From assembly GCA_041440805.1 (NCBI GenBank), contig JASDVF010000063.1, positions 176,524-240,523 of the forward strand: 64,000 bases of DNA, written 5' to 3'. How positions within the stretch are numbered: position 1 is the stretch's first letter; every line of letters begins with the position of its first letter. Source of the stretch: Myxococcota bacterium. Lineage in GTDB: Bacteria > Myxococcota_A > UBA9160 > UBA4427. Positions 46,625 to 55,940 of this stretch are shown here, in pieces. The notes under the pieces are model-generated. The model was not told where the DNA came from and searched no databases. It saw nothing but the letters and a program-made list of their open reading frames with translations. The position numbers and the translations under genes are program-made.

Positions 46625-47743
46625 CTAGGGCGCGACGGCGTCCATCGTTTCGAAGCCGTAGGGATGGTAGATCCCGAAACATGCATTCTCATGCATGCCG
46701 TATCCGATTTCGCCGGTAGACAGTTCCCATCGACAGAGCATCTCGTTAAGCCCCTGCACTTCGGCAAATTGCTTCGGGTCACTCAGGTCCCAGGAGAGTC
46801 CCTCGACTTTGAGAGGGCCTTGGTAGTGGCCCAGTCCCCAATCCTCTCCTGGGCGATAACCGGACCCACCTAACAGGTAGTTCGTACGGAGTGGAGTGCC
46901 GACAATTCGAATGTCGGTATTCGCGAATGTGAGAACCGTCTGGGCTATTTCGCGTGTTCCCGGCTTCCAAGTGATCTCATGCTTCGGACTGCCCAGATGA
47001 AAGGTTGGGCCATCAAGCCCAAGCCTCGGAACCTTGACCGCCTCTTCCAAGTAGCGATTGCCGTCCTTATCCTCGTCGAAGTAGACCTTGATCATGAAAT
47101 CATCGAATTGCATCGGGATCCAGTTGTGAAAATGCCCGAATGCACCGTCCGGCCGCGAGTTCGCAAGGATGCCCTGGGGCTCCATCTCGCCCGTGTTCGG
47201 TCGAACGCCCCAGGAATGATCTCGTGCGCCTTTCCATCTGTCGGGAGTGACGTCGTAGCGCTTACCCGCAACGTTGATATGTCCCGAGTAATTACCGACC
47301 TGCGCGAAGCGCATGGTGTGTTCGGTTAGGCGATTCCCCGAGCGTCGAATCATGGGCGGTTCTTCGAGGGCGGGGACGAATCCTTCGAAGGTGAGATCGA
47401 AGTCGATGTCCCAGTCGTTAGGCTCGCAAGTGACTCGAAGCGTTTCGAGGCCCTTAACGACGTCGACGCCGAAGGGGCCGACGGAGGTGTCGAGCCGGTC
47501 GTGGCCGAGTTCGCGACTAGCACGGACGCAGTAGTGCTTGTCTTCAACGGAAACCGTAACGAAGGCGTCGAGCACGCCGAGGTTCGGATACTGGCCCATG
47601 CCAGTGATCAGGAATATTTCGTCACTGGATGAATGGCAGTTGAAGTAGTACCGGTCGTAGAACGCGCGGTCGCCTGTATAGACGTGATCAAAAGTGTCGG
47701 GTGTTTGGTGGGCGAGGAAATCGTCCATCGGTCCGAGGGGCAT
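46625..47743 (-). CDS. conserved hypothetical protein (372 aa), divergent from a P450 gene
   Basis: Trimmed from 48055 to the ATG at 47743 (MPLGPMDDFLAHQTPDTFDHVYTGDRAFYDRYYFNCH...). Soluble and Trp/Asp-rich. No family recognised. Confidence 0.65.
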   Translation of the reverse strand: MPLGPMDDFLAHQTPDTFDHVYTGDRAFYDRYYFNCHSSSDEIFLITGMGQYPNLGVLDAFVTVSVEDKHYCVRASRELGHDRLDTSVGPFGVDVVKGLETLRVTCEPNDWDIDFDLTFEGFVPALEEPPMIRRSGNRLTEHTMRFAQVGNYSGHINVAGKRYDVTPDRWKGARDHSWGVRPNTGEMEPQGILANSRPDGAFGHFHNWIPMQFDDFMIKVYFDEDKDGNRYLEEAVKVPRLGLDGPTFHLGSPKHEITWKPGTREIAQTVLTFANTDIRIVGTPLRTNYLLGGSGYRPGEDWGLGHYQGPLKVEGLSWDLSDPKQFAEVQGLNEMLCRWELSTGEIGYGMHENACFGIYHPYGFETMDAVAP

Positions 47744-48032
47744 AGTCACTCCGTTGGTGCCTGACTGGCACGCTAGATACATAAAGCCGAAAACGAGGCG
47801 TTTTCGACTGTCTTCGATCCTATCCAAAATTCGGGTGCGAGGGGAAGGGCCATACTCAATCTTGTGGGGCGTAGATGAGCGGATGCGTAGGTGGGGAGGT
47901 GGGTAGGTGCGTGGATCAAAGAGGATCTCCGTCTTGGCAGGGATTGATGAGTTCGAATCTGCTTGACGTACTTCATGGGGGTCGTCACGCTTCTGAGTCA
48001 ACGGCGAGCGTGAAGCTGGCAAGGAGATCGAG

Positions 48033-49256
48033 ATGAGCACGACCGCGCAGGACATCGACCCCTTCGAGGCCTTCGATCGCGCGATGGGATCCGATAGTTG
48101 CCTCGATCCCTATCCGGAATTCGCAGCCCTGCGGGCCAAGGGTGGAATCGTCGAGCAAGAACCGCCGACCGGAGCGGGGGGTGCTTCGCTCGGCGCGACC
48201 GACGGGCGGACCTTCCTCGCTGTCTCTCACGACGCGGTTTCCGAAGTGCTCCGAGAGGGTCGCGTCTTTTCTTCGAGCGCGTATAAAGAGACGATGGGCC
48301 TCGTGATGGGCCCGAATATTCTGGTGATGGATGAGCCGGAGCACGGTCGCTATCGCAGTTTGATCCAGAAGGCCTTCAGCAAGAAGGCGCTCGAACAATG
48401 GGAAGAGGATCTCGTTCGCCCCGTCGTGACTGAGCTGGTCGATCAATTCGCGGATCGTGGACATGCCGACCTCGTGCGCGAATTGACCTTTCCTTTTCCG
48501 GTCCATGTGATCGCTGGCATGCTCGGGCTTCCAAAGGAAGACCTGCCGCAATTTCACGTGTGGGCGGTCGAACTGATTAGCATCGCGATCGATTTTCAGA
48601 CCGGCCTCAATGCCTCCAAAAAGTTAGGCGAATACCTCACGCCCTTTATCGAAGCTCGACGGAAAGAGCCTGGGGTCGACCTGATCAGTGTTCTCGTGAC
48701 GGGGGAACTGGATGGCCAGCGTCTCGACAACGAGCACGTCCTGGGATTTCTACGGCTACTTCTCCCCGCCGGAGCCGAGACGACCTATCGGTCTTCCAGC
48801 AATCTCTTGTATGGGCTTCTGACGAACACTGAGCAGCTTGCCGCGCTGGACCGCGATCGCAGCTTGATGATTCAGGCAATCGAGGAAGGACTCAGGTGGG
48901 AAGTGCCTTTGACGGGGATCGGGCGAGTTTGTACGGAAGACACGGAAGTCGCAGGGGTGAAAATTCCTGCGGGCTCCCAAATTCAGGTCGTGATCGGATC
49001 CGCTAATAGGGACGAGTCACGCTTCGAGGATCCAGACCGCTTCGATATCCATCGCCCGACGCGCCAACACATGTCCTTCGCATTCGGTCCTCACCGGTGC
49101 CTCGGGATGCATCTCGCGCGGATGGAAACAAAAGTCGTCATCGAGACGCTGCTCGACCGTCTGCCTAATCTCCGCCTCGACCCCGAGGAAAAGGACGTAC
49201 AGATCGTAGGCCGCGGCTTTCGAGCTCCGCGCAGACTGCCGGTGCTCTTCGGCTAG
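48033..49256 (+). CDS. cytochrome P450
   Basis: 407 aa. Heme-thiolate loop FAFGPHRCLGMHLA. AGAETT (I-helix) and ExxR (EEGLRWE). Confidence 0.9.
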   Translation: MSTTAQDIDPFEAFDRAMGSDSCLDPYPEFAALRAKGGIVEQEPPTGAGGASLGATDGRTFLAVSHDAVSEVLREGRVFSSSAYKETMGLVMGPNILVMDEPEHGRYRSLIQKAFSKKALEQWEEDLVRPVVTELVDQFADRGHADLVRELTFPFPVHVIAGMLGLPKEDLPQFHVWAVELISIAIDFQTGLNASKKLGEYLTPFIEARRKEPGVDLISVLVTGELDGQRLDNEHVLGFLRLLLPAGAETTYRSSSNLLYGLLTNTEQLAALDRDRSLMIQAIEEGLRWEVPLTGIGRVCTEDTEVAGVKIPAGSQIQVVIGSANRDESRFEDPDRFDIHRPTRQHMSFAFGPHRCLGMHLARMETKVVIETLLDRLPNLRLDPEEKDVQIVGRGFRAPRRLPVLFG

Positions 49257-49528
49257 CGCAGCTCGCGAACTGCTGGCCTGCAGTCCACTCCTGGTGGATC
49301 GTCGAGATCGTTTGGGCGGCGCCATCGAGCTTGAGCAGATGACGCCCTAGTCATTCGATCTCGTGCCGATTTCGCCCATGATCCGGCGGAGCCCATCTAA
49401 TGAATACGTCGATTTCGTTGAATTTGAGGTGTGCCCGAGACGCGATCTGGGCGCTAGGATTGGACTCTGTCTGGTCGCGAGTCTGATCGGGCCGACGACT
49501 CGCGAATCTCATCTGAGGACACCTATTC

Positions 49529-50782
49529 ATGGCGCTCGACTTCGACCCGAATGATCTCATCACGCCCAATAACTATGGCGTGCACGGCCAGCCCCACGAT
49601 GTGTGGACGAAGCTGCGCCGCGAAGCGCCCGTCCAATATGTCGAGCCCGACACGCATCCGCCTTTCTATGCGATTACGAAGCACGCGGACATCATGGCGA
49701 TCTCGAATAAGCCGGAGATCTTCAGCAACCTCGCAGGTCCGATGCTTCTAGATAATAGGCAGCTGCATGCTCGGGAAGAGGGCGATGCGTTTGGTCGAAT
49801 GCGCACGATCATCGAGATGGATCCGCCGGAACATCGTGACTTTCGAAAGGTCGCGAGCGGCTTCTTTACCCCACGCAGTATTCACCGCCTCGACGAAATC
49901 GTCGCCGAGTGTGCGAAGGGCCAAATCGACAAGTTAGGCGAGGAAGGCGAAACCGATTTCGTCGAATCCATCGCCCAGCGACATCCCCTTCGTGTCCTCT
50001 CAACAATTCTAGGCATCGGCCCGGACGATGAGGATCTACTTCTCGAACTGACCCAGCAACTTTTTGCAGGCGACGACCCGGACTTGCAGAGAGAGGGAGA
50101 AGATCGAGAGGCTGCCACGCAGTCCTTGCTCGCAGATTTCGGTGCGCTGTTCACTCGGATCATCGAAGACCGACGTGCGAATCCCGGAGACGATCTCGCA
50201 AGCCTGCTTGCAAATGCAAAAATGGCGGACGGCTCCCCTATGGGCCCGATGGAGACCTTCGGTTATTACCTAATCGTCTTTACGGCGGGCCACGACACGA
50301 CGCGCAACGCGATTTCAGGCGGGATGCAGGCGCTGCTCGAGAACCCCGATCAGATGGCGAAGCTCTGTGCAGATCCTTCGCTCGAGAAGACAGCGGTCGA
50401 AGAAGTGATTCGATGGACTTCGCCGGTGAACTACATGAAGCGGAACTTGCTTGTGGACGCCGAGGTGGGTGGCGTGAAGATGAAGGCGGGGGAGGACCTG
50501 GTGATGTTCTACGCCTCGGCCAATCGCGACGACGATGTCTTCGAGAACCCCTTTCAGTTCGACATCACTCGGCACCCGAATCGCCATCTCGGATTCGGCA
50601 CCGGCGAACATTTCTGCCTCGGAGCGCATGTCGCTCGACTCTCCTCTCGCGCGCTCTTCTTGGAACTGGCGAACCGTGTCGACACGATCGAGTTGGCGGG
50701 AGATCCCACGCATATCGCCTCGAGTTTCGTGGCTGGCCTGAAGACTCTGCCGATTCGCTACAAGATCCGTCCGACGGCCTAG
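49529..50782 (+). CDS. cytochrome P450
   Basis: 417 aa. FGTGEHFCLGAHVA, I-helix FTAGHDTT, EEVIRW. Confidence 0.9.
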   Translation: MALDFDPNDLITPNNYGVHGQPHDVWTKLRREAPVQYVEPDTHPPFYAITKHADIMAISNKPEIFSNLAGPMLLDNRQLHAREEGDAFGRMRTIIEMDPPEHRDFRKVASGFFTPRSIHRLDEIVAECAKGQIDKLGEEGETDFVESIAQRHPLRVLSTILGIGPDDEDLLLELTQQLFAGDDPDLQREGEDREAATQSLLADFGALFTRIIEDRRANPGDDLASLLANAKMADGSPMGPMETFGYYLIVFTAGHDTTRNAISGGMQALLENPDQMAKLCADPSLEKTAVEEVIRWTSPVNYMKRNLLVDAEVGGVKMKAGEDLVMFYASANRDDDVFENPFQFDITRHPNRHLGFGTGEHFCLGAHVARLSSRALFLELANRVDTIELAGDPTHIASSFVAGLKTLPIRYKIRPTA

Positions 50783-50839
50783 TCCTTTTGGGTCTACGGC
50801 CGTCTAGTGCTAGTTCAGGATGCGTTGATGAGTCGCTGC

Positions 50840-52111
50840 TCAGGCGGTGCTTAGAGAGCTCGAGATCTTAGCGTTGAGGTCGCGGGCGTAGCTCCTTGCG
50901 CCTAACACATAGTGCAGAATCGACCACGCCAAGAAGACGAGTAGCATTCGCAGGGCTGCGCTGAGGCCGCCTTCCGCGCCGTAGGCATCAGAGAGCACGC
51001 CGAGAAGCACGGGACCCACCCCGAACCCCACGAGGTTCATAGTGAAGAGTGCAACGGCCGACATGGTCGCGCGCATCCTCGGCTTCACGAGCCCCTGCAT
51101 GATTGTATGTGTGAGTCCCGAGTATGCGTGATTGAAGACGGTTGCCACGGCAATCATGGCCACGGCAAGGCTCGTGTTCCCCGTCGAGTAAGCGACGAAC
51201 GAGAAGGGGAGCGATACGAGGGCGCCGATCGCGGGAATCCAAAAATGCCAGCGGACATCGCGCGTGCCAAGGCGATCCGCCATCCAACCCGCCGCGAGGA
51301 CCGAAAAGCCTCCTGCGAATCCCGCCACAAGACCGAGCGTGAGTCCAGCTTCGCTACCTGAGAGGCCGTGCACCCGCCGGAGGAATGACGCATGGAAGGC
51401 ACCCGCTCCAGCGAGGAAGAGCGTTTGGAGTGCGGTGGCGATGAGGACGTGCCGCATGGCACCGAGGCCGACTATGAAGGAGAAGGTTCTAGCGAGGGAA
51501 TCTTGTTGGAGGTCGGTATCGGTATCAAAGCGGCCGCGTTCGGGTTCTCGAAGATATAGTTTGGCGATCAGAGCAAGGAACACACCCGGTACGCCGACGA
51601 CAAAGAAGGCAGATCTCCAACCTAGCTCTTGCGCTAGATACCCACCCGCAGCCAAGCCGAAGAGCGTACCAAGAGGAACGCCTAACGAGTAGGTAGAAAG
51701 GGCGCTCGCTCGTTTTTCCGGAGGGAAGACGTCGGAGATCATCGAATGAGCTGGCGGGGTGCAGCCGGCTTCGCCAACGCCTACGCCAACACGCGCGGCG
51801 AGCAGGCCCATGAATCCGCGGGCGGTGCCCGAGGCGACCGTCATTGCGCTCCATAGGAGCAGTGAGATCGTGATGATTCGAGTGCGGTTGCCGCGGTCTG
51901 CGAGTCGCGCGATCGGAAGGCCAGCGAACGTGTAGAAAATTGCGAACGCTCCGCCCATCAACCAGCCGAGTTGAGCATCTGAAATCAGCAAGTCTGCTTT
52001 CACATCCTCGGCGAGGATGTACATCACTTGTCGATCGATGTGATTGACGACGTAAATGACGAGAAGCAGGCCGAGAGTAGTGCGCGCGGTTTTGCGTTCG
52101 GCATCGGGCAT
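50840..52111 (-). CDS. MFS transporter
   Basis: 423 aa. 12 TM. GLPIARLADRGNRTRII (MFS motif A). Confidence 0.85.
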   Translation of the reverse strand: MPDAERKTARTTLGLLLVIYVVNHIDRQVMYILAEDVKADLLISDAQLGWLMGGAFAIFYTFAGLPIARLADRGNRTRIITISLLLWSAMTVASGTARGFMGLLAARVGVGVGEAGCTPPAHSMISDVFPPEKRASALSTYSLGVPLGTLFGLAAGGYLAQELGWRSAFFVVGVPGVFLALIAKLYLREPERGRFDTDTDLQQDSLARTFSFIVGLGAMRHVLIATALQTLFLAGAGAFHASFLRRVHGLSGSEAGLTLGLVAGFAGGFSVLAAGWMADRLGTRDVRWHFWIPAIGALVSLPFSFVAYSTGNTSLAVAMIAVATVFNHAYSGLTHTIMQGLVKPRMRATMSAVALFTMNLVGFGVGPVLLGVLSDAYGAEGGLSAALRMLLVFLAWSILHYVLGARSYARDLNAKISSSLSTA

Positions 52112-52178
52112 GGATTCACGTTACACCACGGCATGTCGGGGTCTACCGGGGATTCTACACCCGAGATAGGATTCGGAG

Positions 52179-52994
52179 ATGCCCCGATTAGGTCTTGCAA
52201 CGCTCAATCATTCGCCGCTTCATGGGCTTCCTACGCAGTGGGAGGCTCATCTCGATGCGGCGTCGCTCGCTGGCTACGACGCAATCGCCCCGGATATTTT
52301 CTGGCTACGCGCGATCGAGGCTGCGGGCGTGCCCCCAGAGCAGCTTGCAGCAGCGATGAGCGATCGGTCTCTCGCCTGCATGGAGATCGCGGGAATAGCG
52401 ATCGGAGAGGAAGAGGCGACTCAGGCCGAATTGTCTGAGCACCTGCGTTATGCGGAGGTACTTGGGGCTGAGTTCGTGAATGCCCGGATCGTTTCGCCTC
52501 TGGATGTGTCCGTGACGGCTCGGGTTCGGGAATGTGCGGAGGCTTTCGCTCGCGTAGGCACACGGCTGGCGATCGAGTTTTCGCGGGGGACGCAGTTGAA
52601 CTCGGTTTCACAAGGCGCGGCTCTGCTTCGTGAAATAGATGTCCCCGGAGCGGGCGTCACTCTGGATACATGGCACTTCTTTCTTCATCCACAGGGTGCG
52701 GAATGGGATGCGCTGGAGGCACTTCCCACTTCCTCGTTCGCGAACGTGCAGCTCTCGGATGGCGTGCCTTATGAGGAAGGTGCTTTCGGGGAAGCGACAA
52801 TGAATCGTCGACGTCTACCCGGCGAAGGGGACTTCGAACTCGCTCGTTGTCTCGAATTAGTCACCACGAAACGCGGAGACGCCTCGGCGTTGCCGATCGT
52901 CGTTGAAGTATTGAGCGAAGCCGAAAGGCAGTATTCTCTTGCGGAGTTCGCTCGCCGCACAGCTGATGCTTCCCGCGCGCTATTTCCCGACTGA
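52179..52994 (+). CDS. sugar phosphate isomerase/epimerase (xylose-isomerase-like TIM barrel)
   Basis: 271 aa. Weak by-eye match to the AP-endonuclease-2/TIM-barrel family (GYDAIAPD..., LDTWHFF). Confidence 0.6.
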   Translation: MPRLGLATLNHSPLHGLPTQWEAHLDAASLAGYDAIAPDIFWLRAIEAAGVPPEQLAAAMSDRSLACMEIAGIAIGEEEATQAELSEHLRYAEVLGAEFVNARIVSPLDVSVTARVRECAEAFARVGTRLAIEFSRGTQLNSVSQGAALLREIDVPGAGVTLDTWHFFLHPQGAEWDALEALPTSSFANVQLSDGVPYEEGAFGEATMNRRRLPGEGDFELARCLELVTTKRGDASALPIVVEVLSEAERQYSLAEFARRTADASRALFPD

Positions 52995-53028
52995 TCGGAA
53001 GCCCTTTTCCATTCTCTTTGGGCGCGAG

Positions 53029-54111
53029 CTAGAAGCCCTTAGTGACGGCGCGTGTCGGTCCGAAGTTGTGGAGGCCCATGCCGTGAAGGTTGCCTAGGCC
53101 CCCGCATACCATCACGATGAGCTCGTCGGGGCGTTCCACGAGATGAACGATGCCGTATGGGTCGACACGTTCGCGCTCTTGGAGCCAAATGCGGTGCGGC
53201 TCGGGAAAGAAGTCAATGGGATGTGCGGCGGCTTCCCATAGGGCTTGCTGCGCGTCTTCGATTTGTGGATAGCGAGCGGCGACGCGGTCGGCCCAGGGCG
53301 GGGGTAGGCAGACCATCGACTCCGCTCCCCAATGACTGATGAAGGCGTTCGTGCCCGGCACTGCCAAGGATTTGCCGATCACTTGGACAAGGTCTTCGGC
53401 GGACTCGGCAGCGACGTCCGCTATATCCATTGTTCCGATACAGCCGTAGGCCGTGACCGCATTGCCCTGAACGCCTCGACGTTCCGCGAGCGGTGCCCAA
53501 GGTGAGCGCTCTTCCCACTCGGCAACGACGATTCCTGTGACCCGCGCGGGTTGGCCGAAAACACTCTTCGAGTTCTCACCGATTTTCTGCCCAGCGACAT
53601 TCCGCATCACAAGGCGAAGCGCGCGCCCGATGGCCGGGGCGGGGCCTGCAACACCGCCAAAACAGCCAGCCTCCATGGGCAGATCAAGTGCGTGTCTCGC
53701 CGGGCCATTAACGAAAATACCGGGCACGACCGAACTTGTTGTCGTGTTGAGTGAGAAGAGATCTAGGGCGGGATCGATACTCGCTTCGATGGCGGCGCAT
53801 AGCAGGGGCATGGATTCCGCAGGAGCGCCGGACATCACCGCATTGATCGCAAGCTTTTCGACTGTGCACCGGCCATCACGCGGGGGCAAGACGCCTAATA
53901 AATCATCGGGGAATCGATTTGATGCTGCGACGAAGCTCCGCACCCGCTCTTCGGTAGGTGGAATCAGGGGAAGGCCATCACCCCAGCCCGATTCCGTCGC
54001 GAGCTTGGCGAAGGCGAACGGGTCGTCGTCGACTTCGAGTCGAGGGCTCGCCAACCAATCGATTTCACATCCCGACGGTCCGCAGGAGCGGTCGAAAGTG
54101 CTGTCTTGCAA
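53029..54111 (-). CDS. hypothetical protein (up to 360 aa) immediately downstream of the UGSC selenoprotein gene
   Basis: Long ORF with coding-like composition. The only starts are TTG at 54111 (47-nt overlap with the UGSC gene) or TTG at 54054 (10 nt after its stop). No family recognised. Confidence 0.6.
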   Translation of the reverse strand: MQDSTFDRSCGPSGCEIDWLASPRLEVDDDPFAFAKLATESGWGDGLPLIPPTEERVRSFVAASNRFPDDLLGVLPPRDGRCTVEKLAINAVMSGAPAESMPLLCAAIEASIDPALDLFSLNTTTSSVVPGIFVNGPARHALDLPMEAGCFGGVAGPAPAIGRALRLVMRNVAGQKIGENSKSVFGQPARVTGIVVAEWEERSPWAPLAERRGVQGNAVTAYGCIGTMDIADVAAESAEDLVQVIGKSLAVPGTNAFISHWGAESMVCLPPPWADRVAARYPQIEDAQQALWEAAAHPIDFFPEPHRIWLQERERVDPYGIVHLVERPDELIVMVCGGLGNLHGMGLHNFGPTRAVTKGF

Positions 54112-54604
54112 TTTCGCGTACCTCTTGCTCGGGAAGACTGTCGAGCGGGTAAGGGAGAACGTGAATGCGTAAACCAGATCGGCCCGCGTTGGCCGCCATG
54201 CTATGCGCGAGAGCTTCGAATTCGGAAGTTACGACGGCGACCGCCGTCTTGCCCTCCCTTAGTGCGACGACTGCGTCGTACACCGTCCAGGAAGTACAGC
54301 TTCCTCAATTACCGAGCCCGCTGAGAACGAGTTCCTGTCGCGCCGCGAATACCTTGAGCTCGGTTAGGGTTCGCTTTGCAGCGTCGCCCGTACGGTCGCC
54401 AGCGCACCACTCCGAGACGGAAGCGCCTTCTTCGCTGAACATCTGCTGCCATTCGGAGCGAACCCAATCGAAGGACCGCCAGGTCAGATCGTATCGGATG
54501 CCTACACGCGCCAGCGGAAGAGAACTGGCGTCAAAGCTCGGTCCCGGATCGGCGTTTACGTCCGGGGGCGATGCGGTTGGGTCAAGAATTGTGAGTCGGG
54601 CCAT
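54065..54604 (-). CDS. UGSC-family selenoprotein (in-frame UGA = Sec at 54305..54307)
   Basis: Track ORFs 54305..54604(-) and 54065..54283(-) share one frame. The first ends at TGA, and the 7 intervening codons read GSCTSWT. Joined product of 179 aa: MARLTILDP...ELVLSGLGN-U-GSCTSWTVYDAVVALREGK...RPLLRTVGM. GGAG lies 6 nt before the ATG at 54604. Hairpins follow the UGA. Confidence 0.75.
54262..54304 (-). other. candidate SECIS-like stem-loops directly 3' of the UGA
   Basis: Minus-strand RNA: UGA GGAAG-CUGUA-CUUCC UGGACG GUGU-ACGAC-GCA-GUCGU-CGCAC. The first hairpin is 5 bp with a 5-nt loop (54304..54290). The second has a 5-bp core that extends to 8 bp with a bulged U (54283..54262). Its loop is about 31 nt after the UGA. 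Confidence 0.4.
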
Positions 54605-54719
54605 GCATTTCTCCTGATCGGTCTGGCGGATCTAGTTGCGGGACCGCCTGAGTGTATGCAAATCGGGGCCGGTGTTGCGACCCGTGGATCCCCGCGAGAG
54701 CGATGGTACTGTGGAGCGG

Positions 54720-55925
54720 ATGTCGCCACCCGCCGCTCTCGCAGGACTGCGTGTCCTTGATCTGACGAACCTATTTGCTGCGCCTCAGGTCGCGGCGACC
54801 CTCGCCGATTTCGGGGCGGATGTCGTGAAGATCGAGCCGCGAAATGGTGATCCACTTCGGCGGATCGGATCCTCGCGAAATGGCGGGTCTCCGGCCTGGG
54901 CACTCGTTGCGCGGAACAAGCGCGCCATCACCCTCGATCTCGATCATGCGGCGGGGATGCGCGTCTTCGAGGGACTCGTCGAGCAGGCAGACGTGTTGAT
55001 CGAAAACCTCACCGCGAAGCTGCTTGAGCGGTGGCAATGCGACTTCGATTCGCTCCTTCGGCGGAATCCGAAGCTCGTGGTTGTCAGCATCAGCTGTTAT
55101 GGACGATCGGGTCCCAACTCGGATCGCGCTGGTGCGGGGACCCTTGCCGAAGCCTTCGCGGGATTCGCGCATATGAATGGGGCTTCGGACGGGCCGCCTA
55201 CGGTTCCCTCACTGCCACTTGGGGACACGCTCGTTGGAATGTCCGGTGTGATCGGCACGATGATGGCGCTCTACTCTCGTGATCGTGCGGGATCGGGGAG
55301 CGGAGCAGGTCAACACGTTGATGTGTCGATGATCGAGCCCGTTCTTCAGCTGCTCGCTTTGCCGCTCGCGAACCATGTCGAAGGTGAAGCGCCGCCACGC
55401 CGGCTGGGCAGTCGGATCGCCGGCGGCGTTCCTCGCAACGTCTACCGTGCGAGGGACGGCGACTATCTTGCGCTCTCGGGAACGACCGACGCTCAGGTCG
55501 GTCGGATTCTTTCGTTGACCGGTCGGGATGGCGCCGACGATCTTGCACGTTTCGCGACCTCTGCGGCCCGGCTAGATGCAGCGGATGCACTCGATGGGAT
55601 CGTAGCTGACTGGATTTCTGCGCGGTCTAGAGCTGAGGCGCTTGCTGCTTTCGAGAAAATCCGAATCCCTGTGGCTCCGGTCAATGACCTTTCGGCGCTG
55701 CTGTCTGATCCTCATCTACTTGAGCGCGCGTCGGTTTCTACCCTCGAAGATGTAACGTTAGGCGAAGTCTACCTTCCGGCGCCGATGCCAAAACTGCGAG
55801 GCACGCCCGGGACCCATAGGCACTTAGGTGCAGCATTGGGTGCGCATAATGCCGAGGTCTATCGAGACTGGCTGGGGATGTCACCGGAAGAAGTGGCGGC
55901 GCTCGCGCGCGAAGAAGCCATTTAG
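54720..55925 (+). CDS. family-III CoA-transferase (CaiB/BaiF)
   Basis: Trimmed to the ATG at 54720. LAGLRVLDLTNLFAAPQVAATLADFGADVVKIEP. Asp loop LPLGDTLVGMSGVIGTMMAL. Confidence 0.85.
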   Translation: MSPPAALAGLRVLDLTNLFAAPQVAATLADFGADVVKIEPRNGDPLRRIGSSRNGGSPAWALVARNKRAITLDLDHAAGMRVFEGLVEQADVLIENLTAKLLERWQCDFDSLLRRNPKLVVVSISCYGRSGPNSDRAGAGTLAEAFAGFAHMNGASDGPPTVPSLPLGDTLVGMSGVIGTMMALYSRDRAGSGSGAGQHVDVSMIEPVLQLLALPLANHVEGEAPPRRLGSRIAGGVPRNVYRARDGDYLALSGTTDAQVGRILSLTGRDGADDLARFATSAARLDAADALDGIVADWISARSRAEALAAFEKIRIPVAPVNDLSALLSDPHLLERASVSTLEDVTLGEVYLPAPMPKLRGTPGTHRHLGAALGAHNAEVYRDWLGMSPEEVAALAREEAI

Positions 55926-55940
55926 AGCTCGGTCTTCCGC

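Noticed and set aside
47930-47975. GAGTTCGAATCTGC resembling a tRNA T-loop (GTTCGAATC)
   Set aside because: The flanking 5-nt arms are not complementary (ATGAG vs CTGCT). No acceptor or anticodon stems can be drawn. It lies in the divergent spacer between 47743 and 48033.
54720-55925. Apparent loss of the catalytic Asp in this CoA-transferase and in domain 2 of the 1926..4370 fusion
   Set aside because: My first alignment used the wrong motif (the upstream xQAxSG block). The catalytic Asp of family-III enzymes sits in the later GD/xD loop before the ...GILAAL helix. All five domains in the window have an Asp there (HQSDV, YPDPL, LGDTL, ISDIT).
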